From Centroscyllium fabricii (lineage: Eukaryota), in the NCBI GenBank assembly GCA_051313645.2, contig JBNRSN020000029.1, positions 40,796,001 to 40,860,000 on the forward strand: 64,000 bases of DNA. Reading direction: 5' to 3'. Of the stretch, positions 12,180 through 25,282 are shown one piece after another. The notes below the pieces were generated by a model, which was given only the letters and a program-made list of their open reading frames with translations, was not told where the DNA came from and searched no databases. The position numbers were made by a program, and so were the translations under genes. The stretch's first letter is position 1; each line of letters opens with the position of its first letter.

Positions 12180-13668
12180 GCATGGCTGAAGACACTGGAT
12201 ACCGCAACGGCTATGGGCCCTGACAACATTCCGGCAATAGTACTGAAGACTTGTGCTCCAGAATTAGCTGCGCCCTTCGCCAAGCTGTTCTAGTACAGCT
12301 ACAACACTGGCATCTACCCGGCAATGTGGAAAATTTCCCAAGTATAGCCTGTCCACAAAAAGCAGGACAAATCCGACCCGGCCAATGACCGTCCCATCAG
12401 TCTACTCCCAATCATCAGCAAAGTGATGGAAAGTGTCATCGACAGTGTTATCAAGCGGCACTTACTCAGCAATAACCTGCTAACTGATGCCCAGTTTGGT
12501 TTTCGCCAGGGTCACTTAGCTCCTGACCTCATTACAGCCTTGTTCCAAACATGGACAAAAGAGCTGAACTCAAGAGGTGAGGCGAGAGTGACTGCCCTAG
12601 CATAAAGGAAGTTGGCTGTGGTTGTTGGAGGTCATTCATCTCAACCACAGGACATCACTGCAGGAGTTTCTCAGGGCAGTGTCCGAGGCCCAACCAGCTT
12701 CAGCTGTTTCATCAATGACATTCCCTCCATCATAAGGTCAGAAGTGGGGATGTTTGCTGATGATTGCATACTGTTCAGCACCATTCGAGACTCGTCAGAT
12801 ACTAACGCAGTCCGTGTCCATATGCAGCAAGACCTGGACAACATTCAGGTTTGGGCTGACAAGTGGCAAGTAACATTTGCACCACACAAGTGCCAGGCAA
12901 TGACCATCTCCAACAAGCTAGACTCTAACCATCTCCCCATGACATGCAATTGCATTATCATCGCTGAATCCCGCACTATCAACATCCTGGGGTTACCATT
13001 GATCAGAAACTGAACTGGACCAGCCATAAAATACTGTGGCTACAAGAGCAGGCCAGAGGCTGGGAATTCTGTGGCGAGTGTCTCACCTCCTGACTCCCCA
13101 AAGCCTTTCCAACATCCGCAAGGCACAAGTCAGGAGTGTGATGGAATACTCTCCACTTGCCTGGATGAGTGCAGCTCCAACAACACTCAAGAAGCTCGAA
13201 ACCATTCAGGATAAAGCAGGCCGCTTGATTGGCACACCATCCACCATCTTCAACATTCACTCCCTCCACCACCGGCGCACTGTGGCTGCAGTGTGTACCA
13301 TCTACAAGATGCACTGCAGCAACTCACCAAAGCTCCTTCAACAGCACCTTCCAAACCCGCGACCTCTACCACGTAGAAGGACAAGGGCAGCAGGCGCATG
13401 GGAACAGCACCACCTACAAGTTCCCCTCCAAGCCACACACCATCCTGACTTGGACCTGTATCGCCGCTCCTTCACTGTCGCTGGGCCAAATTCCTGGAAG
13501 GAATCCTGGAACTCCCTTCCTAACAACATTGTGGGTGTACCTTCCCCAGGTGGACTGCAGCGGTTAAAGAAGGCGGCTCACCACCATCTTCTCAAGGGGC
13601 AATTAGGGATGGGCACTAAATGCAGGCCTAGCCAGCCAGCGACGCCCAAATCCCATCAATGTATAAAA
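12180..13668 (+). mobile_element. Non-LTR retrotransposon RT fragment, a different family from the CR1 copies (clade uncertain), internally deleted
   Basis: QFGFRQGH, GVSQGSVRGP, MFADD, KAQVRSVMEY; the expected DxxxAFD segment is missing near 12600. Confidence 0.85.
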
Positions 13669-15624
13669 AAACTGCAGATAGCATCTTATGTTGAAAAAGG
13701 AAGCTTCTTATTTATAAATTCCATACTGCAGAATGAAAAATATGTGAAGAAATGAGGGAAAATTGAACTTAACTCGGGAAACAGACGGAAACGCATGCAA
13801 CGCTGGGTTTACAACCCACCCGATTTTACCCTCTATTGTGTAAAACCGGCGTTCCACCAGATCCCTTGGGTTTTCTGCCAAGCGGGCTAGGTTGAATATA
13901 GCCTCATTTAGAATGAAATTACACATCGTACTTTCCTACTAGTCCCTACTTGTTTTCATTGAATAACAACTAACATTGTACATTTTTCATACAATCGGAA
14001 AATGTAATCGTCCAACAACAATCAATTTAATTAATTAACATGTCCTGGTGCTTTTCTCCAATTTCTTTGCTCTCTTAGTTATTGAAAAAGGAAATGGATT
14101 GGAGTGTAAAATTAATGGCTGATTCACTATCACCCGAATTTCTTCCTCCACAAGTGCAATATTTTCTCCCTATAGTATGGTAGTTAATCTATACTTCACC
14201 TTTTACAATACTTTTGTATCCCTCCATTACATGGTTCGGAAAAGTGCATTCAATTATCCAATTCTGATCTAAGTAATCTTTTGTACATGTTCAGCGTTAA
14301 ATCTTTGCTTTTGCAGTCTATCGAAATTCGCCTTGGAGCAGTAGCACAAGATGGGCAGTGTTGAATCGTTTCCTGTTGTACACCCTATCCGATATTCAGA
14401 TCAACTGCATATTGGGTGGGACTTATAACAGGCGGCTGATGCGATGCCTCCCAATTAGCACTGCCCCCCGAGCAGAATGTCTACCCTTATGTTCCTAGTT
14501 ACAAAACCAAAGTTTCCATTTGTATTTTTATTGCTTTCGCTACTAGTGATGTTAGGTTTTTGTGATCTCCTTATCTGAATTTTAAGATGGCTCTGTGCCT
14601 CTGCAACATTTAAATTTAAATATTTCAGATGAAAACTTGAAGGTGCATTCCATTTTCTCATTTTTTTTCGAAAAAGTATGTATTTACATGACATCACTGC
14701 TTTCGTCACCTCTAGGTCGGTCCTGCACTCCTGCAGTATTTCGCAATCGTTGTCACTGTTTGCCATACCACTGAAGTTGGCGAAGCGAGCAAATATTGAT
14801 GTTGTTGCATCAATTACTACACTTACATGCATTCTGTGTAAACTAAATGGGGTCAGCTATTACACAAACCCAGTGCTGTGCCAATCTCCTCATCTATGCA
14901 GTCAGGGAAAATTCGTTTAGCTCATACATTTTTTTCTGTTTTTCAACAATCCATTCATGCTTGTTTCCACATTCACTTTAATTCTATTTGGCATTACGTC
15001 TCATAAATCAAGTTAATTGCATTTGTTTAATCGAGCAACTTATCCTTTCAATGCATTCTGTAAGGTGACCAAGCCAAAAAAAATCATGATCTAAGGTCCT
15101 GATTGAATAGTTCCTTCCTACTCTTTCGTAATTTCATCCCATTTTACAGACTCCACTAGAACTGAAATATTAAGAATTGTCTGCTGGATCGTTGACTCTT
15201 TTTGAAGAAGAAGGTCAGATTTTCTATCCTCCAGTCCTCTGGTACAATTTTGCTTTGCCAAACAATGCAACACTTAGTAAGAACCTTGATTATTTCTTCT
15301 CTAGTTTCTCTGAGGATCCTGAGGTTAACTCATCAGATCCCTTTGAAATTACTGAATTATCTTGTCTGAGTAACTCGTTTAGCATTAATTCGCCTGAAAT
15401 AATAACTTCCTGAAATTTTGCTAAGCCAAAGTTTGATGGTATCATAATCAAAATTTCAACTATCTCTGTCAAAAGTGAAGAAAATACTTATTTAACACAT
15501 GTTGAGTGCACATCTTTACTTCGTAACATTTTGCCGGTCACATAGACATTTGGCATTAAATTAAAATATTGGGAAACTTTTTCACTTTTACTGCCAGATG
15601 GAAAATTGATGGTAGCGGATAATA

Positions 15625-16040
15625 AGAACATAAGACTTAGGAGCATGAGTAGACCATACAGCCCATCTAGCCTACTCTACCATTCAATAAGACCATGGCT
15701 GAACATCAACGTCAATTCTATTTTCCTGGCCAATCCCCACATCCCTCTGGAGTCCAAAAATCTATCTATCTCAGCCCTGAATATACTCAACGACTGAGTA
15801 TCCACAGCACTTTGGAGCAGAGAATTCGAAAGATCCACAACCCTCTGAGTGAAGAAGTTCCGCCTAATCTCAGTCTCAAAATGCCGACCCCAATGCCGCC
15901 GAGTTCCAGGCTCTCCTGCCAGGGGAAACAATCTCTCAGCATCCACCCTGTCAATCCCCCTCAGAACCCTATAAGTTTCAATGAGATCACCTCTCATTCT
16001 TCTGGACTCCCGAGAGTATAGCTCCAATCTACTCAATCGG
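15625..16040 (-). mobile_element. CR1 3' fragment
   Basis: RRMRGDLIETYRVL, RRNFFTQRVV and tail. Confidence 0.88.
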
Positions 16041-17773
16041 TCGCCTGCAGTACAACCCCGCTCGATTTTCCTCTCCATTATAAAAATAGATATCAGGCGG
16101 GTTGCAAAACGGGACGGCTGATCGGCTGCCGCACGCTTTTCGCCAGGCGATTGAAGTGACAATTCAGACCACTGACTCTGTAATGCTCCATCGCCTGTTA
16201 ACCATAAAAGAAACATAAAGTACGGAACTATTTGTGCAAGTCTAATGCGACTCAGTGTTTGTGAAAACCGTTACACGTGGCACTTATGGGAACCAGAATA
16301 TGCCTGACTTCAAGAAACGTGTCAGCATTTGTTTTCCAAAGTAGCTGCATAAATGTATGTCTTTGACTGCATGTCCAGCTTGAAGAATGATTGAAATACG
16401 ATATCTCGTCCTGCTTGAGACCAGTTTGTTAGTGTGCATGAGACCGATGTAGGATATATAGCATTTTTAGCAGGACATTCTCATCATTCTATTAATACAG
16501 GCGCATATGTTGATTATACCAAAAAACATTTGGAAAACCGATGTTGGTGGTTCATCTGTGCTTGTGTTGCCCACCTAGTAGAATATAATGGTAACTACCC
16601 TTTCTACACAACAGCAGAGACTGAATGTGACTATTATGATATTTTCACTTTGCCACAAAAGGTAAATTAGTGATTTAAATATTGTTCATACCTACAAAGC
16701 AACATCTCAAAGGACAGTTAAACACTCATTACATAAATATTTAACGCAACTAAGATTCATTAGTTTGTTTCTCACCCATATCTTTCAGAATTTTTCTTAG
16801 TTCGATTTCTAGAAAGGCAAAATCAAAACTCTTTGTGTGTTTTAATGTTAAATAAAATAAATTGGATTTATTTTGTATTCGTATTATGATTGTCTTCGCT
16901 GGTTTAAGAGGAGCCATAGATTTACCACACTTACAATAAAGAAACAAAGTTGAGTTCGAAGAAAATGTCTTTACATCGAAGACGTTTAGAATACGGAATT
17001 CTGTGTCAAAAACCGTGTGGTAGCAAAGTACCTCATTTATTTAAGGTAGCTGCGTATAAGATAAAAATTAAGGACACCAGAAGGAATCAGCAGAGGATAG
17101 ATTGTTAATTTTGCATCTAAGCGTACGAATGCTGCTGTGGGCCAGCCTCCCCTTGTGGAAATCGCCCAAATTTCAGTACCATTGACATCAAATGAAATGA
17201 AAATTGGGCAGCTATTATAACGGGCGGCCAATTCATCACATCAGTCTTACACCTGTCTGGCAAGCTAAACATTTACTGCAGCATGTAATCATTAGGCAGA
17301 GAGGGTCATGCCTTGAAAAGCACCAGTGCAAATATGACAGGGCATATGGTATGTTTCTGTGCCATTCAACAGACGATTCTGAACGGGTCGGCCGCCAGTT
17401 AAAATCGGCAGAGCGCATTAATCCATCTGCCTTGAATTGCAGTCCGTTCTTCCGTGCAAGGAGCAAGAACACCATATGAAGCCAAGAGGGTAGGGTCCTT
17501 CTTTAAACATGCAGATCGATGTCCAATGACGCCAGCGAGGACTAATACAATGTTCACTGCTGACCTGAGCAGGCTACCGGTTGTGGCTATCCCACCTGGT
17601 GATAGTTCCATCAGGTGGAGGATATAGGGAAGAGGCCTGAACAGGAACGTTTTCTTCAACTTGTTTTACCATTTCTTATGAGGCCCAGAGGAGCAGGAGC
17701 TCTATACCGTGGTTGGACGTGGTTCGTAACCTAACAGGTAACCAAATGTTGGTGGTCTGTCTGGATTTAACAG

Positions 17774-18372
17774 TAATGTGGAGGTGCCGGTGTTGGACTG
17801 GGGTGGACAAATGCAAAAAGTCACACAACACCAGATTTATAGTCCAACGGTTTTATTTTAAATCACAAGCTTTCGGAGCGTCTGCCCCTTCGTCAGGTAA
17901 CAAAGAGAGACTGAAGTCAAAGATCACACATCGGGGGAGGGGAGAAATCCGATCTCATACATCTAACCCTAGAGCACACAAAGGCATATTAGCATACTTT
18001 AACACCTCAGTCTGCGAACAATGAGGCACAGTTGCAAGGGGGGGTCAAATGCTACAAAACACACAGAATGATTTTTTTTAAAGAGGCAAAAAAAAAAAAA
18101 AAGGACAAAAATGTCCCTAGTCCGGATGACTCTACGTCAGGCGGGACATCAAAGCAGTCCAAGATTCTCCAACACATCAAAAGGGTTAAAGTATGCTAAT
18201 ATGCCTTTGTGTGCTCTTGGGTTAGATGTATGAGATCGGATTTCTCCCCTCCCCCGATGTGTGATCTTTGACTTCAGTCTCTCTTTGTTACCTGACGAAG
18301 GGGCAGACGCTCCGAAAGCTTGTGATTTAAAATAAAACCGTTGGACTATAAATCTGGTGTTGTGTGACTTTT
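17774..18372. mobile_element. Young Penelope-like insertion with 189-bp inverted arms and a 12-bp TSD
   Basis: Arms 17815-18003 and 18185-18373 are reverse complements (one mismatch seen); tggatttaacag at 17762-17773 and 18373-18384. Confidence 0.88.
18287..18326 (+). ncRNA. Minimal type I hammerhead ribozyme motif (mirror copy on minus at 17862-17901)
   Basis: gttac-CTGACGA-aggggc agac gctcc-GAAAG-CTT-gtgat: conserved core, stem II ggggc/gctcc, stem I gttac/gtgat, palindromic stem III (AAGCTT). Confidence 0.75.
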
Positions 18373-18677
18373 TGGATTTAACAGAGCTGTTGTACCTTGA
18401 CAACCTGAGTTTAATCCTACCCAGAATGATGTGATAAAAATCAACGATGCCTCAGTGTGTTCTAGCGCTCGCTTTAAGCGTTCTGATGTGCACTGGCAAA
18501 CTGATCGTATTAGCAACGTCGTTTAGTCTGGGCCAGAATAGTTAGCACAGAAAATAAGCAAAGAACGTCACACTAGAGGTGATGTTCTCATCAAGCCAAA
18601 ACTTAAGCACATCTTTCAGGATGAGATAGGGAATGCTTCAGTTTACATATGCCTGAAGCGTATCCATTCTCCCCAGT

Positions 18678-19829
18678 CATATAAATGATTTGGAGGAAGG
18701 GACCAAGTGCAACATCTCAACGTTTGCAGACGATACAAAGATGGGAGGGAGTGTGATGAGTGAGGAGGAGATTACAACCTGCAAAAGGACATAGAAAGTC
18801 TAACTGAGTGGACAGAGATTTGGCAGATGGAATATAATACTGGAAAGTGTGAGGTTATGCACTTGTGCAGGAAAAATAATAGAGCGAGTTATTATCGTAA
18901 AGGAAAGAAACTGGGAAGTACCTCAGTGCAAAGGGATCTGGGGGTCCTGGTGCAGGAGACACAAAAGTTAGTATGCAGGTGCAGCAGGTGATCGGGAAGG
19001 CCAGCGGAATGTTTGCTGTTATTGTTAAGGGGATGGATTTTTAAAGCAGGGAGGTCTTGCTGCAGTTGTAAAGGTATTGGTGAGACCACTCCTGTAATAC
19101 TGCATACAGTTATGGTATCCATATTTAACAAAATACATACTTGCTCTCAAGGCAGCACAAAGAAGGTTCACTAGGTTCATTTCAGGGATGAGGGGCCTGA
19201 GATATGAGGAGAGGTTGAGTAGATTGGGCCTCTGCTCATTGGGGTGCAGAAGAATGAGAGGCGATCTTATTGAATCATATAATATTGTGAAGGGGCTTGA
19301 TCGGGTGGATACGGTGAGGGCTTTCCCATTGGTGGGTGAATGTAGAACTAGGGGGCATAATCTTAAAATAAGGGGCTGCCATTTGAAAACTGAGATAAGG
19401 AAACACTTCTTCACTCGGAGGGTGGTAGGTCTGTGGAATGTGCTGCCCCGGCGAGCTGTGGAAGCTACTACATTGAATAAATTTAAAACCGAGATAGACA
19501 GTTTCCTAAAAGTAAAGGGAATTATGGGTTATGGTGAGCGGGCAGGTAAGTGGACGTGAGGCTAGGTTCAGATCGGCATGTGATCTCCTGGACAAGTTTC
19601 GATCTCCTAGATGGGTCGGAGAGGAATTTCCCAGATTTTTCTCCCAAATTGGCCACTGTGTTTTTACCTGGTTTTTCGCCTCTCCCGGGAGATCACATGG
19701 GTTCGGGCGGGACGGAGAGTGAAAGTAGACTTGAGGTTAGGATCAGATCAGCCATGATCTTGTTGAATGACGGAGCAGGTTCGAGGGGCCGATTGGCAAA
19801 CTCCTGCTCCTATTTCTTATGTTCTTATG
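18678..19829 (+). mobile_element. CR1 3' fragment with extended structured 3' UTR
   Basis: FADDTK-like motif and ORF2 C-terminus; extra hairpin module 19577-19699 before the tail. Confidence 0.9.
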
Positions 19830-20325
19830 TCATAGCTCACTTCCTGAAATTAAGTGTATTCCATTCCCCAGCAATAGCATCTCTCACCCTGATGGGCAGA
19901 ATAGAATAAAGAGAAAATGGAAACAAATTTAGAGTAAATGGAGAAATCTTAACAACAAAGAATGAAGTTTATGGACGGGGAATGTGAACCGAAACAATAT
20001 TTTCATACAGCATATAGGTGATCCTTCCTATGACTCTTTCATTTACTTCAGCTGGTTTTGTCATTGAGAAGGGTACAACGATAAGGAAACAAATAACAGA
20101 GAGAAAACCGGGACAGAGAAAAAAATGATTGCAGGATCGTAGAAAAACATAAATAAACAACAACAACTTGCATTAATACAGCGTCTTTAACGTAATAAAC
20201 AACAACATGAACTAATTGAGTCGATGAATAATTGTGAGCATCAGAGACAAATGCAGTCACTGCTTCAAAGAATATAATAGAGACGTTAAAAATCGGAAAT
20301 GAGTGAAATGTCCTGTATTATATGA

Positions 20326-20361
20326 CATAAGTTTTCAGACTATCGTTCAAGTTTTCGATTT
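20326..20361 (-). pseudogene. 36-nt microexon homologue, (E)IENLNDSLKTY, lacking an in-phase GT donor
   Basis: Acceptor cacttcacttgtcag is intact; similar to 23355-23390; 3' end reads ACT TAT G|tcata, so GT is one base early. Confidence 0.7.
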
Positions 20362-20690
20362 CTGACAAGTGAAGTGACCAATGCCCGGGTTTGATATTGC
20401 CTCCTGGAAACGGGTGATCAATATTGATCGACATCTACAGGTTAAATATATGGCTGGAGAATTTATCTGCTGCAGGTGGCCAAATCAAAGTTCCAGATAA
20501 AGGGAAGCAGCTCAAGATAAAGAAAAAGTCTGTCAGAGCAAACTGCTGTCCATCTACAACTTGCTTTGGCATACAGTCCAGTTGAACTAATTGCAGGAGA
20601 GCGCAGTCAAAGTTTTGAGACCTACACCGAGAATGAAAAGCTAAGACGTGGTGCTACAAAACCAGAAGCCACGTTTGTTGGACTGCACTT

Positions 20691-21728
20691 AAGAACATAA
20701 GAACATAAGAAATAGGAGCAGGAGAAGGCCAATCGGCCCCTCAAGCCTGCTCCGCCATTCAATAAGATCATGGCTGATCTGATCCTAACCACCAATCTAC
20801 TATCACAGAACCATCTCCTGAATCTACCAGAATTAGACACACGAAATAGGAGCAGGATCAGGCTACATGGTCCCTAGGCCCGCTCCACTACCCACAGGGC
20901 CATGACTGATCTGAGCCTAGATTCATGTCCAAATTCCTGCCCGCTCCCCGTAACTCTTAATTCCTTTTACTTCTAGGAAGCTGTCTATTTCTGTTTTAAA
21001 TTTATGTAATGATGTAGCTTCTACAGCTTTTTGGGGCAGCATGTTTCATGGACCTACCACTCTCTGAGTGAAGTAGTTTCTCCTCATTCGCGTTTTGAAA
21101 GAGCGGCCCCTTATTCTAAGATTATGCCTCCTAGTTCTAGTTTCACCCATTATTGGGAACATCCTCCCCACGTCCACCCGATCCAACCCCTTCACAACCT
21201 TATATGTTTCAATAAGATCGCCCCAATTCTTCTGAACTCCAATGAGTAGAGTCCCAATCTACTCAACCTCTCCTCACATATGAAACCCCTCATCCCTGGG
21301 ATTAACCGAGTGAACCTTCTTTGTACCGACTCGAGAGCAAGTATGTGCTTTCTTAAGTATGGACACCAAAACTGCATGCAGTATTCCAGGTGCGGTCCCA
21401 CCAATACCCCGTACAACTGAAGCAACACCCCCCTATTTCTATACTCCATCCCCCTAGCAATGAAAGCCAACATTCTATTGGCCTTCTTGATCACTTGCTG
21501 CACCTGCATACTAACCTTTTGAGTTTCGTGCACCAGGACCCCCAGATCCATTTGTACTACAGTACTTTCCAGTTTCCTGCCATTAAGATAATGACTTGCT
21601 CGACGATTTTTCCTGCCAAAGTGCATAACCTCACACCTTCCAGTACCGCATTCGATTTGCCAAATCCCCGCCCACCTGCTCAGCCCGTCCACGTCCTCTT
21701 GCAGGAACATAAGAACATAAGAACATAA
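20691..21728 (-). mobile_element. CR1 3' fragment with doubled tail
   Basis: ORF 21192-21710 is CR1 ORF2; two tail-like segments (about 20700-20790 and 20843-20925); (aacataag)n at both ends. Confidence 0.9.
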
Positions 21729-22139
21729 GTTAACACTTGGTTAACACGTAAATGTTTTTGAAGCCTATTCAATTTAATTCGGGCAATAAATGCCATACTC
21801 TCAATTGTATGGAATTACACAACAAAATATCAGCACGACAGCGCCTATAAAGCACCTTAATTTTTGCTGTGCGATCACTTTTGAATCTTGTCCAAGTGCT
21901 TATTGCTGACATTTGGAACTTGAATGTACACACGCTGTTCCGCCTTTGGAATATCACTGGAATATCGCGAATTTCACTTTAGAGGAAGATTCACGAGAAA
22001 GCCACCTTCAGTGAAACTTTAGCAGCTTCCTTTTAACTTTTAGTAACCAGCAATATCTTCCAATTGCAGCACCTTAACATTTCAGACGGATTACATTGTT
22101 CTCAGTCAGGTCTTTGGAAGCTCGCAACTCCTGATCTGC

Positions 22140-22357
22140 CTGCTCTATTGGAAGTCGCGAAACCTCTCCGCCTCTCTACCTCTCTTCTCCTTTCCGATGC
22201 TCCTTAAATCCTATCTCTTTAACCAAGCGGCATCTGCACTAAAATCTCTTTTTGTGGCTCAGCATTAAAATAGTTTCATAACGCTCGCGTGAAGTGCCTC
22301 GGGGCGTCTTACTGCCTTAAAGGTGCTGCATAAATACAAGTTGCTGTTGTTGTTGTT
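22140..22357 (+). mobile_element. L2-type 3' end
   Basis: gtgaagtgcctcggggcgtcttactgccttaaaggtgctgcataaatacaagttg(ttg)n; similar to 50310-50380. Confidence 0.65.
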
Positions 22358-23134
22358 CCACAGTACTGTCGTTAATCACTAAAGCATTAAAGTACGTTTG
22401 CCACCTGTACTAACTATGCCGTTTGCCTTACTTTCTGACTCTTAACAGTGAAACTGACAATCATTGTTACAATACTAGTCGATCTTCAGTTCCATTCCAC
22501 AGTACAAATCAAGACGAGAGTCAACATAGAAACATAGAAACATAGAAACTAGGAGCAGGAGTAGGCCATTCGGCCCTTCGAGCCTGCTCCGCCATTCAAC
22601 GAGATCATGGCTGATCATCCATCAGTAGAAACAAATAAAGAGAGTGGGAGGCAATCAGACTAGGGTCATATCAATTTTACGGCCTTACATTCTGTCGTTA
22701 TTTTTAAGTACTTTACTATTATTAGCTATAGCTATATAGAAAAGGTTGTAGCAATTGGAGAAACATAGAAATTTCTCTAAGCAGAGGAGCTGAAAGAGGC
22801 TAAATCTGATGCTGTCACGCCACCTCTGCTTGGAGGCTGTAATTACAACCGAAAAACCTTACGTACACGTTTGCAGTATAAATGTGAAGGCAGACGTTTA
22901 TACTGGGATAGTTAATAATAAAACATGTGACACCTTTTTGCAAGCAAGAATTAAACACAGACCACAGACTTTTTATAAAATTACAAATAGATAAAAATGA
23001 ATGCAAAAAATAAATTATAGTTCAGGCAAATCCATTGTACAGAATTATACTAAAGACGGAAAAAGAGAAGCCATTGGGATACTTGACATATTTACAATAG
23101 ATTTTAAGTGATACTTTTCCCCCTCAGCATTTAC

Positions 23135-23158
23135 CTCTTTTCTCATGGACTGTTTTTT
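23135..23158 (-). CDS. 24-nt microexon, (E)KTVHEKR (short member of the 27-nt class)
   Basis: ttttccttcaccag|...AAAAGAG|gtaaat; phase 1-1. Confidence 0.75.
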
Positions 23159-23354
23159 CTGGTGAAGGAAAAATTTCAAGTATTACTTTAGAAGCAATGG
23201 GCTCATTGGACTCGCTGACATTTTACTGATCAATTGTCTCGCATTATAACCTGTATAAACATTTTGAATAACTCCAATAAATGTTTAACAAGTAACAGAG
23301 GCAATGTCTTGTAGTATAAACTACAAACTACTAATTTATTGGTTTGGTTTTTAC

Positions 23355-23390
23355 CTGTGGTTTTCAAAAATTCATTCAAGTTGTCGATTT
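23355..23390 (-). CDS. 36-nt microexon, (E)IDNLNEFLKTT
   Basis: ttttttatttcacttttcag|...CCACAG|gtaaaa; peptide resembles EIQKLNHFLEKA. Confidence 0.85.
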
Positions 23391-23461
23391 CTGAAAAGTG
23401 AAATAAAAAATGTCACTGTTTCATATTATGTAGTTAACAGGAGGACAATTTGAAGGCAAAT

Positions 23462-24223
23462 GGCCCAGAAATTCGGGTCCCAACGCGTGAGTACGCGCTG
23501 GGTACTCACACATAGGCCCATCCAAAGTGCCGGTTTCGAGCATGCACAGTCCATGCGCGTGAAACCGACACTTCCGATTCCATGACAGAAGAGTTCAGAG
23601 GTCGGGAGCGTGCGTGGGAGCGGCAACGCGTTCGCACTTTACCTCCGCTTTTTTAAAAAAGATTCTGTGTCCGGGCAACTTTGAAAAAGTTACGGCTGAT
23701 ATTTTAATGTGCAAAGCTTGGTTTTAACAAGGTAAGTGGTGAATTAATTTAAATTAAAACATTTTTTCCACAGGTTTATTATTTTTACATAATTTAAGGA
23801 AAGGTAAGTTTATTTTTAGCCCCGTCAGAAAAAATACTAAATTTTTTCAGAAATTTAAGTTATTGTTTAAAATAGTTATTTAATGTAATTGATAGTTATT
23901 TAATTTATTTTTATTTTTTAAACATTTATTTGAAGATTTAGTGATTTTTGCGGCTTGTAGTTTTCATACTTTTGACAGCTCTTCCTGTCAAACCTATGAA
24001 TAGAGCATTCTGTGCTCCGATTGGCTCTCCGTGGCCCACGTGATCCCACGCGATCCATCGCACTAACTGGGCTGCTGGGATACTCGAGCACAGCGCGCCG
24101 GAAGTTGAAGCAGACCCCGCATCGGAATTCCACGCAGGCCCACAACTCAAAGGCTGGCATGCTAGGTGAGTGCAGGTTGGAGGCTTGCACACGCGGGAAG
24201 CATTCGACCCGAATTTCTGGGTC
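23462..24223. mobile_element. ~760-bp non-autonomous TIR element
   Basis: TIR ggcccagaaattcgggtc / gacccgaatttctgggtc; AAT on both flanks; GC-rich arms and AT-rich core. Confidence 0.85.
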
Positions 24224-24532
24224 AATATACTTATTCATTGACTTAAATACAGGATAACCGATTAAACTGCATATATATTAGCAAAGCGAAACTCGAGTTA
24301 GAAGTAAAGCAGTCCATAATAATGAAAAGGACAGTTAGCTAAATGTTCAGTTCATTGTCATATTGTGGTGGCACAGAATCCACTTGTAAAAGTTACAGGA
24401 TGGCTGAATTACAGTCCGAGACCTGTACAGATCAGCACAAATTTCTAGACTTAATGGTAAACAATTTGAAGGTAAAGCTGTTGCTGTGCACTTGGGTAAG
24501 ATTTAGTTGCTTTTGAAACCTATTGAATTATT

Positions 24533-25282
24533 GGCCTCGGAGGCTTCCTGTGCATGTATGCCTCCGAAGTCCACTTGTCCTGCGCTCCTTCCTGCCTTTC
24601 TCCAAATCTGCGATGTGAAATCGCGAGTTGGAGTGTTGCTTCAGGCTCAAGGTGCCGGTCTGAGGCAACTCAGTGACGTAGTTAGTGCGAGAGCGTGCGT
24701 GGGACCACGTGATCTGCAGGGAGCCAATTAATGGAAGCAACCTCCATTCATAACTTACAGGATAAATCTGTGTAAGTTATGAAAAGGAAGAGCTTCAAAA
24801 ACACATTTGAACACAAAAATAAAATTAAAAAATACCACATTTTTAAACAATCCTCTAAGTAACATAAATTACCTATTTTAAAGAAAAAATAAAATTTAGA
24901 ATTTAAAAAAAAAGTTTTTAACTGGCCTAAAAAAATATACCTGTCTTTAAAGTTAAAAAAAATTAAAAACCTGTTAAAAATACTTAAGTTCTATAAAGTA
25001 AAGGGTTACCTGCTAAAAAGGGGTCGTTACGGATGATATTTTTCAGTGCAAAATCTTCAATACTTACCCCATAAAAAACTCTGAAAAAAATTGGAATCCT
25101 GCTGCCCACCTCCTGGTGCGCAGGCGAACGCACTTCAGCTCGCTGCAGCTCGCGACGCCCCCACCCCCCGGCTTTCATCGGGATTGCAGGTAGCACCGGG
25201 AAATAGTGTCTACCTGCGATTCGGAGCCCACTCGTGAGTAAATGGCTCCAGAACGGCCCGCGGTCACCCTAATTTTTGGGCC
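24533..25282. mobile_element. Same TIR family (left TIR eroded)
   Basis: Closely similar to 34654-35415; ends aatttttgggcc. Confidence 0.8.
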
